Source: Spirochaetia bacterium (GTDB taxonomy: Bacteria; Spirochaetota; Spirochaetia; DSM-2461). Taken from it: a stretch of DNA of 64,000 nucleotides. The DNA is taken from assembly GCA_963668315.1 (NCBI GenBank), contig OY764216.1, forward strand, positions 1,600,001 through 1,664,000. The letters are read 5' to 3'. Every line of letters starts with the position of its first letter. Within the stretch, counting starts at the first letter, position 1. Under the pieces are notes generated by a model, which was given only the letters and a program-made list of their open reading frames with translations, was not told the DNA's origin and did no database searches. Positions 55,807-64,000 of this stretch are shown here, one piece after another. A program made the translations under genes and the position numbers.

Positions 55807-57231
55807 CTATGAAATAAGTTTATTCTTCTCCTCCTTAATCTCACTCGCTTTTTTCTTTAGGATGAAGCCCAGAGGGACCGCTATCATAACAATGACAGCC
55901 GATATCTTATAGATACTGTTTACAGCCTCTGTGAATGAGTGGGATATGTCCCTGCCGGCCTGGGCATAGCGGGATATCAGAATGGTAAGCATGGAAGCAA
56001 ATATACTCAGGGAAAGGGATGCCAGCGCCTGGCGTATCCAGTTATTCAGGGAAGAGGCATGACTGCTCTCTTCCCTGGGGAGAATCTCCATCCCCGCATT
56101 GGTCGCCGGAATGATGGAGAGGGAAATACCCAGACTCCTTATTGTCATCCAGAGAATGGAGTAACCCTCCGATGTTACCGGTGTTAGCTCTCCCATTTTC
56201 CAGGAGCCCAACGCTATTAATATCGCCCCGGACAGAATAAGTGTACGGGGTCCTGTACGGTTGTAAGCCAGTCCGACCAGGGGCATAACCAATGCGGTAA
56301 TAAGCGAGGCGGGCAGGAGAACCAGCCCGGCTTTAAGGGGAGACATCTGCTGGACATTCTGCAAAAACAGGGGGGTAAGCAGCGAACCGGCATAAAGGGA
56401 AATCGTTATAATGCTCGTAATAATGACGCTTATGGTAAAGCGGGTATATTTGAATATCCGGAGATTCAGAAGAGGATGGGGACATCTTAATTCCTGAATG
56501 GTAAAGAGGGCCAGCAGGATCAATCCAAAGACTATAAGCCCCAGCGTTCGGGGCGAGGCCCAGCCCCATTTCGAACTGCTGCTGAAGGCAATCAGCAAAG
56601 CCAGGCTGGCCAGTATTCCGGTTGTGAATCCTATAATGTCAAAACGTTTGCTCTCACCCACTGTGTAATAGGGCACGTGAAACTTAATGAGGACGGCTGT
56701 GACTATTCCCAAGGGGATATTGAAAAGAAAAACAAACCGCCAGCTGGAAAGACCGATAAGCCATCCACTGAGAGTAGGACCGACGGCGGGGGATAGCATG
56801 GCCGCCAGACTCCAGAGACTGATGGCCAGGGCATGTTTTTCACTGGCGATGTTTTCATAAATAATCGTCATCGTGACAGGTGCTATCAGTCCGCTGAAGA
56901 TCCCCTGGAGTATTCGGAACAGAATCAGTGTTTCGCTGTTCCAGGCCCCAGCGCATAAAAGGGAAGAGAGGGTAAAGCCGAGCAGCGCATGGAAGCAGAC
57001 TCGCTGATTACTGAATTTCCGACCGAGAAATCCGGTTACCGGAGCGACTACTCCGGCGGCCAGCATGAATCCTGTAAGCGTCCAGTTTATGGTTCTCAGG
57101 TTCGAATTGAACTGCTCCATTAAGGCGGGCAAAGCGATATTCATAGTACTGGTACCGATGAATGCAAGGAAAGAGGACAGGAAGATTGCCAGCATCATCG
57201 GACCGGATTTATTTGTATTCTGTTTTGTCAT
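55807..57231 (-). CDS. DHA2 (EmrB/QacA) MFS efflux transporter
   Basis: MNIALP, LILFRILQG, PAVGPTLSGWL, WRFVFLFNIPLG. GAGGGAGG RBS before ATG 57231. Confidence 0.9.
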   Translation of the reverse strand: MTKQNTNKSGPMMLAIFLSSFLAFIGTSTMNIALPALMEQFNSNLRTINWTLTGFMLAAGVVAPVTGFLGRKFSNQRVCFHALLGFTLSSLLCAGAWNSETLILFRILQGIFSGLIAPVTMTIIYENIASEKHALAISLWSLAAMLSPAVGPTLSGWLIGLSSWRFVFLFNIPLGIVTAVLIKFHVPYYTVGESKRFDIIGFTTGILASLALLIAFSSSSKWGWASPRTLGLIVFGLILLALFTIQELRCPHPLLNLRIFKYTRFTISVIITSIITISLYAGSLLTPLFLQNVQQMSPLKAGLVLLPASLITALVMPLVGLAYNRTGPRTLILSGAILIALGSWKMGELTPVTSEGYSILWMTIRSLGISLSIIPATNAGMEILPREESSHASSLNNWIRQALASLSLSIFASMLTILISRYAQAGRDISHSFTEAVNSIYKISAVIVMIAVPLGFILKKKASEIKEEKNKLIS

Positions 57232-57379
57232 AATTAAGACCTCCCTCATCGAGTTTTTTATAGAGTTTACTTCCCGTTGTTTCAACCATTAAAATCCAAC
57301 ATAATGAAAGATATTAAACATATTAATAATATCTGACGGATTACTTTCATAAAGTAAAAAATTGACTTAGAATAAAAGT

Positions 57380-57943
57380 ATGAAATCAGACGGCAGAGTT
57401 CGGTATACTAAAATGATGATTCGTCATTCTCTCCTGAAACTTCTGGAAAGCAAAACCATAAACAAAGTGACGGTGACTGATATATGCACCCTGTCTGAGA
57501 TTAACCGGGCTACCTTTTATTATCATTACCGCGATGCCTTCGATTTGTTGAATCAGATACAAGAAGAGATGTACGAAGAGATCAGGCAAGCGTCCCTTAG
57601 CCGGGATAAGGAAGACCGCTACAGTACGGGATACGCCGTTTTATCCATTGTCAGCAGGCATGCCGATCTTTTCCGCATCCTTCTTTCTGAGAAGGGTGAC
57701 AAAAGCTTTCTGGAGAAAATAGGAGAGCTGAACAGGGAACAGTGTCTGTCTGAATGGCAGCAGTTGTACCCCCGGGCGAGTAAGCAGGAACTCAAAGCCG
57801 TCTTCGCTTATATTTCCCATGGCAGCCTGGCGATAATAGAGTCCTGGCTTAAGGACGGAATGAAAACCGGCGTCCGCGAACTTGCCGAATTCCTCCATGA
57901 AATGAACGATAGAAGCCTTTCTCTTCTTGCTGATCATCCGTAA
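57380..57943 (+). CDS. TetR/AcrR regulator (divergent from the MFS pump)
   Basis: DGRVRYTK..VTVTDIC..SEINRATFYYHYRD. Confidence 0.92.
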   Translation: MKSDGRVRYTKMMIRHSLLKLLESKTINKVTVTDICTLSEINRATFYYHYRDAFDLLNQIQEEMYEEIRQASLSRDKEDRYSTGYAVLSIVSRHADLFRILLSEKGDKSFLEKIGELNREQCLSEWQQLYPRASKQELKAVFAYISHGSLAIIESWLKDGMKTGVRELAEFLHEMNDRSLSLLADHP

Positions 57944-57988
57944 GAAACAGTTCCGGCCTGTTCTTGCCGCAGACCGGGACTGTTATAT

Positions 57989-58978
57989 TTAATCGACGGG
58001 CATTAACTTTCTGTTCTGTCGGATAAGCAGGAAAAGGTAAGCGAAATGGATGGCGGAAACCACAAGGACCGGCACATAGGCGACAGTGGTTCCCCTCGCA
58101 AAGGCATAGACTATATCGTAAATATGCAGGATCACCGGAATGGCGAATAATATAAGTCCGTCCTGCTTCAGATCCATGGGCTTCATTTTTTTTCTGAATG
58201 CGATAAGCAGAGCTATGGCAAAGGCAAAGTTGAGGCAGAGTATCAGAAGCTCGCTGGTAAGAGTTGACTGGGAGGGATCGATCTTTCCGAACAGCAGAAA
58301 GCGTCCCAGAGGATTCCCGAAGCTGAACGCCTGAATGATTCCGGCTATAAAGGGATATAAATTCCCGATCCAGGACAAAGAGGAGGGAAGCTTTCTGTAG
58401 AGCCAGTCCCCGACCATAGCGTAAACCGTGTAATAAAACATCAGATACATCCAGCCGCTGTAATTATAGAAGGGGATACCGAAAAATCCTCCCTCATATC
58501 CCGGATCGGTCCAGTTCCACTGTCCCGACATAATGCCGTTTCCCAGGGCGCCGGGGTGGGTCAGGTTTATCGAATCGGCGACCGTCTGGGGAAGGGCGAC
58601 CCTATCGAAAACGGCGGCCGGGTCAATCGTCATATCCTGTACCGAGCCGAACAGGCCTACGACAAAGGGAATGGCCCAGACGGGGAGATTCAGTTTCTTC
58701 GCCAGATTGAAAGCGGCATACCATATGGATGCTTCAAGAAGCAGGATTTCCAGGGGAACGCCACCAACCATAATGATTCTTCTGAAATCATAATAATAAG
58801 TGTGAACCACATTGGTACCAACATTTTCAAATATGGCCGCTCCCAGCATAAAGCCGAAAAGTTCGAGAATCCTCAGGAAGGAATTCTCCTGTTTTACCGC
58901 ATGGCTTACTACAATAAAAAATACTATAAACGAAAAGAGTTCCACCAGGAACCAACTGACGGGTGTTCCAAATATCAT
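57989..58978 (-). CDS. Membrane protein, carotenoid-biosynthesis (DUF422/CruF-like) family
   Basis: Multi-TM, FEN..YYY..GGVPL, QDMTIDP, W.W...GFFGIPFYNYSGW. Confidence 0.65.
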   Translation of the reverse strand: MIFGTPVSWFLVELFSFIVFFIVVSHAVKQENSFLRILELFGFMLGAAIFENVGTNVVHTYYYDFRRIIMVGGVPLEILLLEASIWYAAFNLAKKLNLPVWAIPFVVGLFGSVQDMTIDPAAVFDRVALPQTVADSINLTHPGALGNGIMSGQWNWTDPGYEGGFFGIPFYNYSGWMYLMFYYTVYAMVGDWLYRKLPSSLSWIGNLYPFIAGIIQAFSFGNPLGRFLLFGKIDPSQSTLTSELLILCLNFAFAIALLIAFRKKMKPMDLKQDGLILFAIPVILHIYDIVYAFARGTTVAYVPVLVVSAIHFAYLFLLIRQNRKLMPVD

Positions 58979-59068
58979 TTGATACCTCCAGGTATTTTGT
59001 TATGGTACAAATATAATTTATCCGAACCAGTATTCACACAACATCGCCAGGCCGGGTGTCGATTCTGC

Positions 59069-59097
59069 AATCTACAATTGCATTGTAAGTGTAGATT
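59069..59097. promoter_or_regulatory. Putative TetR operator
   Basis: AATCTACA-N13-TGTAGATT between divergent genes. Confidence 0.55.
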
Positions 59098-59124
59098 TCT
59101 TATTATATATAGGGAGGTGGACTT

Positions 59125-59694
59125 ATCGAAACGGCAAAAAGAATAGAACAGGCTTTTATGGATCTCCTCGTTGAGAAAGAGAACTTCGAGTCTCTGTCCA
59201 TCGTAGAAATATGCACGAAAGCGAATATACACAGGACTACTTTTTATCTTCACTTCCAAGATAAATTTGAACTGTTGGATAAATGCCTACTGGATATTCT
59301 GGATGTTCCGGAATCGGAAGTCATTCTCTATACAGATTTATTATTGGAAGAGAAAATCTTTAATCTTATGAAATATGTCGCTTTGAATTGCAGCAGACAC
59401 AGCGATTTCCTGCTTCTGATTTTACAGAACGGCAGGTATCCCTATTTTTATACCCGGTTTCTCAAAGAGCTGGAGGGACAGATAGGAAAACAGATAGAAC
59501 GTATAAACAGGACTATGCTCAAGTCGGGCGGGAAAATGAATAAATACTGTAATGTCTTTCTCAGTTCGGCTTTGTTCGGTTCTATTCTCTTCTGGGCGGA
59601 GAATGGGGAACAGGAAGATATTGATAGTTATTGCAGGACCATCACAAAGTATATCATTGCGACCCTATATGCAGAAAGAGAATCTGCCCTGTAA
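59125..59694 (+). CDS. TetR/AcrR regulator with a non-canonical or damaged start
   Basis: LSIVEICTKANIHRTTFYLHFQDK. Helix 1 extends upstream of ATG 59158 to ATC 59125. Confidence 0.8.
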   Translation: METAKRIEQAFMDLLVEKENFESLSIVEICTKANIHRTTFYLHFQDKFELLDKCLLDILDVPESEVILYTDLLLEEKIFNLMKYVALNCSRHSDFLLLILQNGRYPYFYTRFLKELEGQIGKQIERINRTMLKSGGKMNKYCNVFLSSALFGSILFWAENGEQEDIDSYCRTITKYIIATLYAERESAL

Positions 59695-59765
59695 ACGTTC
59701 TTTCTCCGTGAGGTCTTGAAATAAAAGGGTCAATAAAGGCATCAATCCCGAAAATGGGACTAAAT

Positions 59766-59795
59766 AAAAAAAAGCACCCTCCGAAGAAGATGCTC
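59766..59795 (-). terminator. Intrinsic terminator downstream of the tRNA fragment (also in the other two copies)
   Basis: AGCATCTTC-TTCG-GAGGGTGCT then T-run (UUCG tetraloop, G-U pairs). Coordinates approximate. Confidence 0.82.
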
Positions 59796-59824
59796 TATAT
59801 ATTATTACCCGTAAGGGTTAACGT

Positions 59825-59876
59825 TGCGGTAGAGAAGACTTGAACTTCCACGGTCTTGCGACCACTAGCCCCTCAA
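59825..59876 (-). pseudogene. 3' half of tRNA-Leu(GAG) (att core A)
   Basis: TTGAGGG loop, GCTAG, variable arm GGTC-GCAA-GACC, T-arm GGAAG-TTCAAGT-CTTCT, CTACCGC-A. No D-arm or 5' acceptor strand. Confidence 0.88.
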
Positions 59877-60289
59877 TTCAGGGTACAGACTTATGTTGTT
59901 CATCTAAGGTCATAGGGAGCTGTATTTCATGTCTTATGTGGTTCTTTATCAATATAAGGCTTCTGAGCTTATATAATAAAGGCGTCGATACTGGTGTCTG
60001 TTAGTAATCATATGATTAATCTCGATTTTAGGTGGTTTACATCAACATTACTACCGAAGTAGTGCATGAAAGCGTAAAAAGTCATAGCACGCGGAACTAT
60101 AGATTTTCTTCAGGTCGGCGACAACTGCCTCGGTATGTCCTACTCCTTCACCTTTCCCATGAAATCCACCGAATCCCACTTCTTCTCAAAATTCCGCATT
60201 CCCTTCATCGCGTCCCACCGTTAAACAATCGATTTCAGTCTGACTGGTATGATAGCTTATAATGGATTTCGTAGATAGGGAGGGGCCGC

Positions 60290-62254
60290 TTAATCCTCTG
60301 CTGCCAGAATATCGCGCAGCAGCCGGCTCAGTTCGCCGTACATGAAGGGTTTCTGGATAAATCCGGCCAGACCGGCTTCTTTCATTTTTCTGATATTCTC
60401 ATCTTTCGTGAACCCGGAGGATATGATCACTTTGCATGCCCCGTCGATCTCCTTCATTTTGAAGAACGCATCGGAGCCGTTCATCTCGGGCATCAGCATA
60501 TCCATGATAACGAGATCTATTAGGGCATGTCTCTCCTTGAATAGTTCCACCACCTCCCTGCCGTTTGACGCCAGGGTAACGGAGAATCCCATTCCCTTGA
60601 GTATTTCCTTGCCAGTCCGGCGGATCAGTTCTTCATCGTCCGCCAGAAGAATATGCCCTTTTCCGGAAAAGGAGATGTCCTTCGGGGAGGAAGAAACCGG
60701 TGAATCCTCCGAACAGGGCAAGTAGAGGTGGAAAACGGTTCCCTCTCCCTCTTCGCTGTAGACATTTATGGCGCCCCTGTGGTTCTCTATCGTCGCGTAA
60801 ACCGTGGACAGGCCTAGACCCGTCCCCTTGCCCTGTTTTTTGGTCGTATAGAAGGGTTCGAATATTTTCCCTATCCTTTCGGGGGGAATTCCCGTTCCCG
60901 TGTCCCTGACTTCGATCTCAATAAAGTTTCCCGGGGAGATCTCAAAGGGGACAGACCGGCAGTAATAATCGTCAAGGAAGATATTCTTTGTCGAAATCCG
61001 CAGTTCCCCGCCGTCCGGCATGGCATGGGACGCGTTGATTCCCAGGTTGAGGAGGGCATTCTGCAGGGAAGCCCCGTCCCCCAGAACGGTAGACTGCTCC
61101 GCTTTTTCCGACAGATGAATCTCAATCCTTTTATCTATCGTCCTGTTGAGCAGGGTCATCATATCCCGGATAATGTCATGAACCGGGACAGGTCTCGTCG
61201 ATATTTCCGTTTTCCGCCCGAAGGTGAGCAGTTTGTTCGTCAGATTGGCCGCCTGGGTAGAGGCGTCGAGAATCATATCGACGAATTCCAATCCCGTCCT
61301 GTCCAGGTTCCTCTCGGGACTCTGCAGCAGCTGGGCCGCCCCGATAATTCCTCCGAGCATATTGTTGAAGTCGTGGGCCACCCCTCCCGCAAGCTGTCCT
61401 ATGGCATCCATTTTCTGGGACTGTCTCAGAAGATCATCCATTTTTCTGCGTTCCGTGATATCGATGAAGGATATGATAACCTGAATGATCTCCCCCCTTT
61501 CATCGAATTCCGGTTCCGCGTTGACCAGAACCCAAACCGGTTCACGGCTTTCCTCCTTTATGATTCCGACAATATAGTTTCGGATGGCCTTTTTCTGCTC
61601 CAGCACAAGGGATATGGGATATTCGGTAACGGGCATCAGAGTACCGTCGTCCCTGATGAAATGCCAGCTCTTGTCATCGGGATGCTTTCCCTTGATGGAA
61701 CTGTGGAGAAAACCGAGCAGCTGATCGGCCAGGGGATTGGTATCGATAATGTTTCCACGGCCGTCATGGAGAATTATGGCTGTCTGGACCTTGTTTATGA
61801 GGGATTTGTATTTCTCCTCGCTTTTCCTCAGGGTCCTGAGGGTCCCCGTGTGGGCATGGATCTGTTCCTGCAGGCTCAGGTTGCTCTTCTCCAGATCTTC
61901 GTTCGCCCGGCTCAGTTCGGCAGTCCTCTGGTCAACCAGCTGCTGCAGATTGTTTTCCTGTTCCGATTTTTCAAGGAGAATGGCAAGGATTTGTATGGCG
62001 TTATGGATCAGATTTTCCGTTTCCCGGTCCAAGGTTCTCTCCGAAATAAGGGAGAGGTATCCGTAGGTTTTTTTACGGGTGCATACTTCCATTTCCAGGC
62101 CCCCGTTCCTCCTTTTCTCCGAGAGCCAGCTGAAGGAGGCGGGCTGGAAAATGTTGTTCATGCTTTCGATAAAGAGCCGGATTATCCCGTCCTTGCTGTT
62201 CAGCTGGGAGATCGTCGTTGTCAGAAGGAACAGTTCCTGGGCGTAGTTCGGCAT
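60290..62254 (-). CDS. PAS hybrid histidine kinase
   Basis: Coiled coil, PAS, GQLAGGVAHDFNNML, GKGTGLGL, REC LVIMDMLMP. Confidence 0.92.
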   Translation of the reverse strand: MPNYAQELFLLTTTISQLNSKDGIIRLFIESMNNIFQPASFSWLSEKRRNGGLEMEVCTRKKTYGYLSLISERTLDRETENLIHNAIQILAILLEKSEQENNLQQLVDQRTAELSRANEDLEKSNLSLQEQIHAHTGTLRTLRKSEEKYKSLINKVQTAIILHDGRGNIIDTNPLADQLLGFLHSSIKGKHPDDKSWHFIRDDGTLMPVTEYPISLVLEQKKAIRNYIVGIIKEESREPVWVLVNAEPEFDERGEIIQVIISFIDITERRKMDDLLRQSQKMDAIGQLAGGVAHDFNNMLGGIIGAAQLLQSPERNLDRTGLEFVDMILDASTQAANLTNKLLTFGRKTEISTRPVPVHDIIRDMMTLLNRTIDKRIEIHLSEKAEQSTVLGDGASLQNALLNLGINASHAMPDGGELRISTKNIFLDDYYCRSVPFEISPGNFIEIEVRDTGTGIPPERIGKIFEPFYTTKKQGKGTGLGLSTVYATIENHRGAINVYSEEGEGTVFHLYLPCSEDSPVSSSPKDISFSGKGHILLADDEELIRRTGKEILKGMGFSVTLASNGREVVELFKERHALIDLVIMDMLMPEMNGSDAFFKMKEIDGACKVIISSGFTKDENIRKMKEAGLAGFIQKPFMYGELSRLLRDILAAED

Positions 62255-62259
62255 TGCAG

Positions 62260-62919
62260 CTATGGTTTATTCAGGAACTGGGGGGCATTTTCGGCAAGCC
62301 AGATATCCGGTTCCACGAAGTAGGGGTTTACCGTGAAGACTCCGCCGTTGATGGAGTAGGGATGGGTGCGGAGTACATTCATAAGCATCTCCCCGGATAT
62401 TTTCGAGGTATTGTAGAGGCAGAGGCTTATGACGGTTTTGTCCTTGACGAAATAGTTCAGCCTTGATTCATAGGCGAACAGATGCTCCACCCCTTTTACC
62501 TTCTGCAGGGCCCAGACCATCTCCGCCACGGCCCGCAGGTTGCGGGGGCCTTCCGCCTGGGTGTAATCGAAGTACCCGTTTATCGCCGTATCCATCAGCC
62601 AGGGATCGAAGACCCCGTCGGGATAGTAAAGCTCGGAAGCTTCTTTCACATCAAGGTCCCCGGGATTGTCCCGGTCGGCCCGGCACAGGGGGCAGTGGGC
62701 GTGATAGGTATCCCAGAAATGCTCTTCCGTCTGTTCGCTGTGTATATATATCTGACGGTCCTCATCGGCATAGCCCCGGCAGAGATAACCGGAAATAATC
62801 TCGTCCCGTTCCTTTTCCGTTTCGTAGAGGCCGCATATATGGGTTCCCCAGTTACACGAGTATTTTCCGATTCCCAGCATGAGTTTTTTCATTTCCGAAG
62901 TCTTTATATGCATGGACAT
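62260..62919 (-). CDS. Stand-alone MEDS (DcmR-like sensory) domain protein
   Basis: WGTHICGLYE, LRAVAEMVWAL, YESRLN, SLCLYN, VLRTHP. Confidence 0.8.
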   Translation of the reverse strand: MSMHIKTSEMKKLMLGIGKYSCNWGTHICGLYETEKERDEIISGYLCRGYADEDRQIYIHSEQTEEHFWDTYHAHCPLCRADRDNPGDLDVKEASELYYPDGVFDPWLMDTAINGYFDYTQAEGPRNLRAVAEMVWALQKVKGVEHLFAYESRLNYFVKDKTVISLCLYNTSKISGEMLMNVLRTHPYSINGGVFTVNPYFVEPDIWLAENAPQFLNKP

Positions 62920-63040
62920 TCCCTCCCCGCCGGTTCCTATGGATCTTCTCTTGAAGTTTAGTCTCTCATCATAGTGAAGTCAAATTTCAGGGGAGGACAG
63001 TAATCGGGGAATTGGCTTTCTTTCCGGGATAAAGAAACAC

Positions 63041-63223
63041 TTAGGACTCCAGCTGCAGAATATCATGGACCTGCCGGGAGAGTTCGAAGGATGAGAAAGG
63101 CTTCTGAAGAAATCCGTCCACTCCCTCTTCGCCGTCCGCGGCCTGACGTGTCTTATCGCCGCACCATTCCAGAATTTCAACGGCCAGCTGACGTATCAGC
63201 CTGTCGTCATCCACCACGAGCAA
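63041..63223 (-). pseudogene. Internally deleted response-regulator receiver fragment
   Basis: LLVVDDD...AADGEEG joined to VDGFLQKPF; the phosphoacceptor strand is missing. Confidence 0.7.
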
Positions 63224-63368
63224 TCCCTAGCTTATTGGCTTCTTTGGAGAGAGCAACAACGCATCCATCATTATTGCTGAGTACTACGACAGGTTTATCT
63301 TTAAGATCAGGTCTAAATACCTTTTCACAGCTGGCATAGAATGAGTTACAATCGACAAGAGCAATCAT
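63214..63368 (-). pseudogene. umuC: 5' fragment of Y-family polymerase V subunit
   Basis: Manual translation [52 protein letters not shown], then broken. Confidence 0.9.
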
Positions 63369-63480
63369 GAAGTTTTGCAATGATGGATAATATCATTCAC
63401 TACCCCCCAAACCTCAAAATCCATCTCTTCCGTAATTTTGATTGGAGTATAGTTTTTGTTGCCTGGATATAGCCGGGGTT
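63365..63480 (-). pseudogene. umuD: 3' fragment of UmuD (S24 peptidase)
   Basis: [37 protein letters not shown], stop overlapping the umuC ATG (ATGA). Confidence 0.8.
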
Positions 63481-63542
63481 CAGGTCATGTTTATTCAGGA
63501 TTCCTAAAAGGTAAAATCCTCCTTTTTCCTCTCTACTCCCGA

Positions 63543-63828
63543 AAATAAAAGGGTCAAAAAAGGCATCAATCCCGAAAATGGGACTAAAAAAAAAGCACCC
63601 TCCGAAGAAGATGCTCTATATATTATTACCCGTAAGGGTTAACGTTGCGGTAGAGAAGACTTGAACTTCCACGGTCTTGCGACCACTAGCCCCTCAATTC
63701 AGTGTACGACCTTATGTTGTTTTTATAGAGTCATATAGGGCTATATTTCAGGGTTTATGTGGTCTGTTTTTCATATGAAGCTTCTGGGCCTTTATAATAA
63801 AGGCGTCGATACTGGTGTCTATTAGTAA
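63543..63828 (-). mobile_element. attP-like junction B
   Basis: Direct repeat of 59719-60007. Confidence 0.85.
63646..63697 (-). pseudogene. 3' half of tRNA-Leu(GAG) (att core B)
   Basis: 52 nt identical to 59825-59876. Confidence 0.88.
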
Positions 63829-64000
63829 ATGAAAAGTTATCATTTGCATTCTTAATGATTCTTCCAGGGTGCAATGATATATCCAATGACTGATAGTTAT
63901 CCTTCATCAAAAGAACGCTTTGCTACTTTTAGCCTTATTCAAGGATATGGATAGGGGAAGTTTCCAATTTATGCTATGAACGGGATAAAACGAACCGGAT

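Larger units (their letters stand above)
59719..60007 (-). mobile_element. attP-like junction A (arm, tRNA-Leu 3' half, terminator, arm)
   Basis: Direct repeat of 63543-63828 (offset 3821 over the core and right arm). Confidence 0.85.

Noticed and set aside
59825..63697. Functional tRNA-Leu genes at the two repeats
   Set aside because: Only the anticodon loop to the discriminator base is present. The D-arm and the 5' acceptor and anticodon strands are missing.
54387..63828. CRISPR array or classical integron attC array
   Set aside because: The repeats are kb apart, contain tRNA sequence, and lack CRISPR spacer periodicity and attC RYYYAAC/GTTRRRY dyad structure. No cas or intI gene is seen.

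Overview
Bacterial chromosomal window, probably from a free-living spirochaete. That assignment is inferred from spirochaete-type lipoboxes, a membrane-anchored AraC, the MCP style and a stand-alone RRM gene. The first ~40 kb are core or ordinary accessory genes: sigma54-type modAB-DUF364, lipBA, a YcaQ/AlkZ glycosylase, several paralogous PAS histidine kinases, c-di-GMP enzymes, a stand-alone MshEN-like protein next to a cN-II 5'-nucleotidase, a TPR/transglutaminase plus LVIVD lipoprotein pair, lemA-DUF2207, a galacturonate operon (gntR-uxaB-uxaA-uxaC) and an IS256 that truncates a sensor gene. The 41-54 kb stretch is more AT-rich and rich in surface-protein genes. The most striking structure is at the right end: two ~290-bp attP-like direct repeats (59719-60007 and 63543-63828). 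Each carries the 3' half of tRNA-Leu(GAG), starting exactly at the anticodon loop, plus a terminator and putative arm sites. A third eroded copy lies at 54387-54437. Together they delimit a tandem array of small integrase-less cargo islets containing efflux/TetR genes, a MEDS/kinase pair and decayed TA, GGDEF, REC and umuDC fragments. No intact tRNA, integrase, CRISPR array or rRNA is visible in the window.
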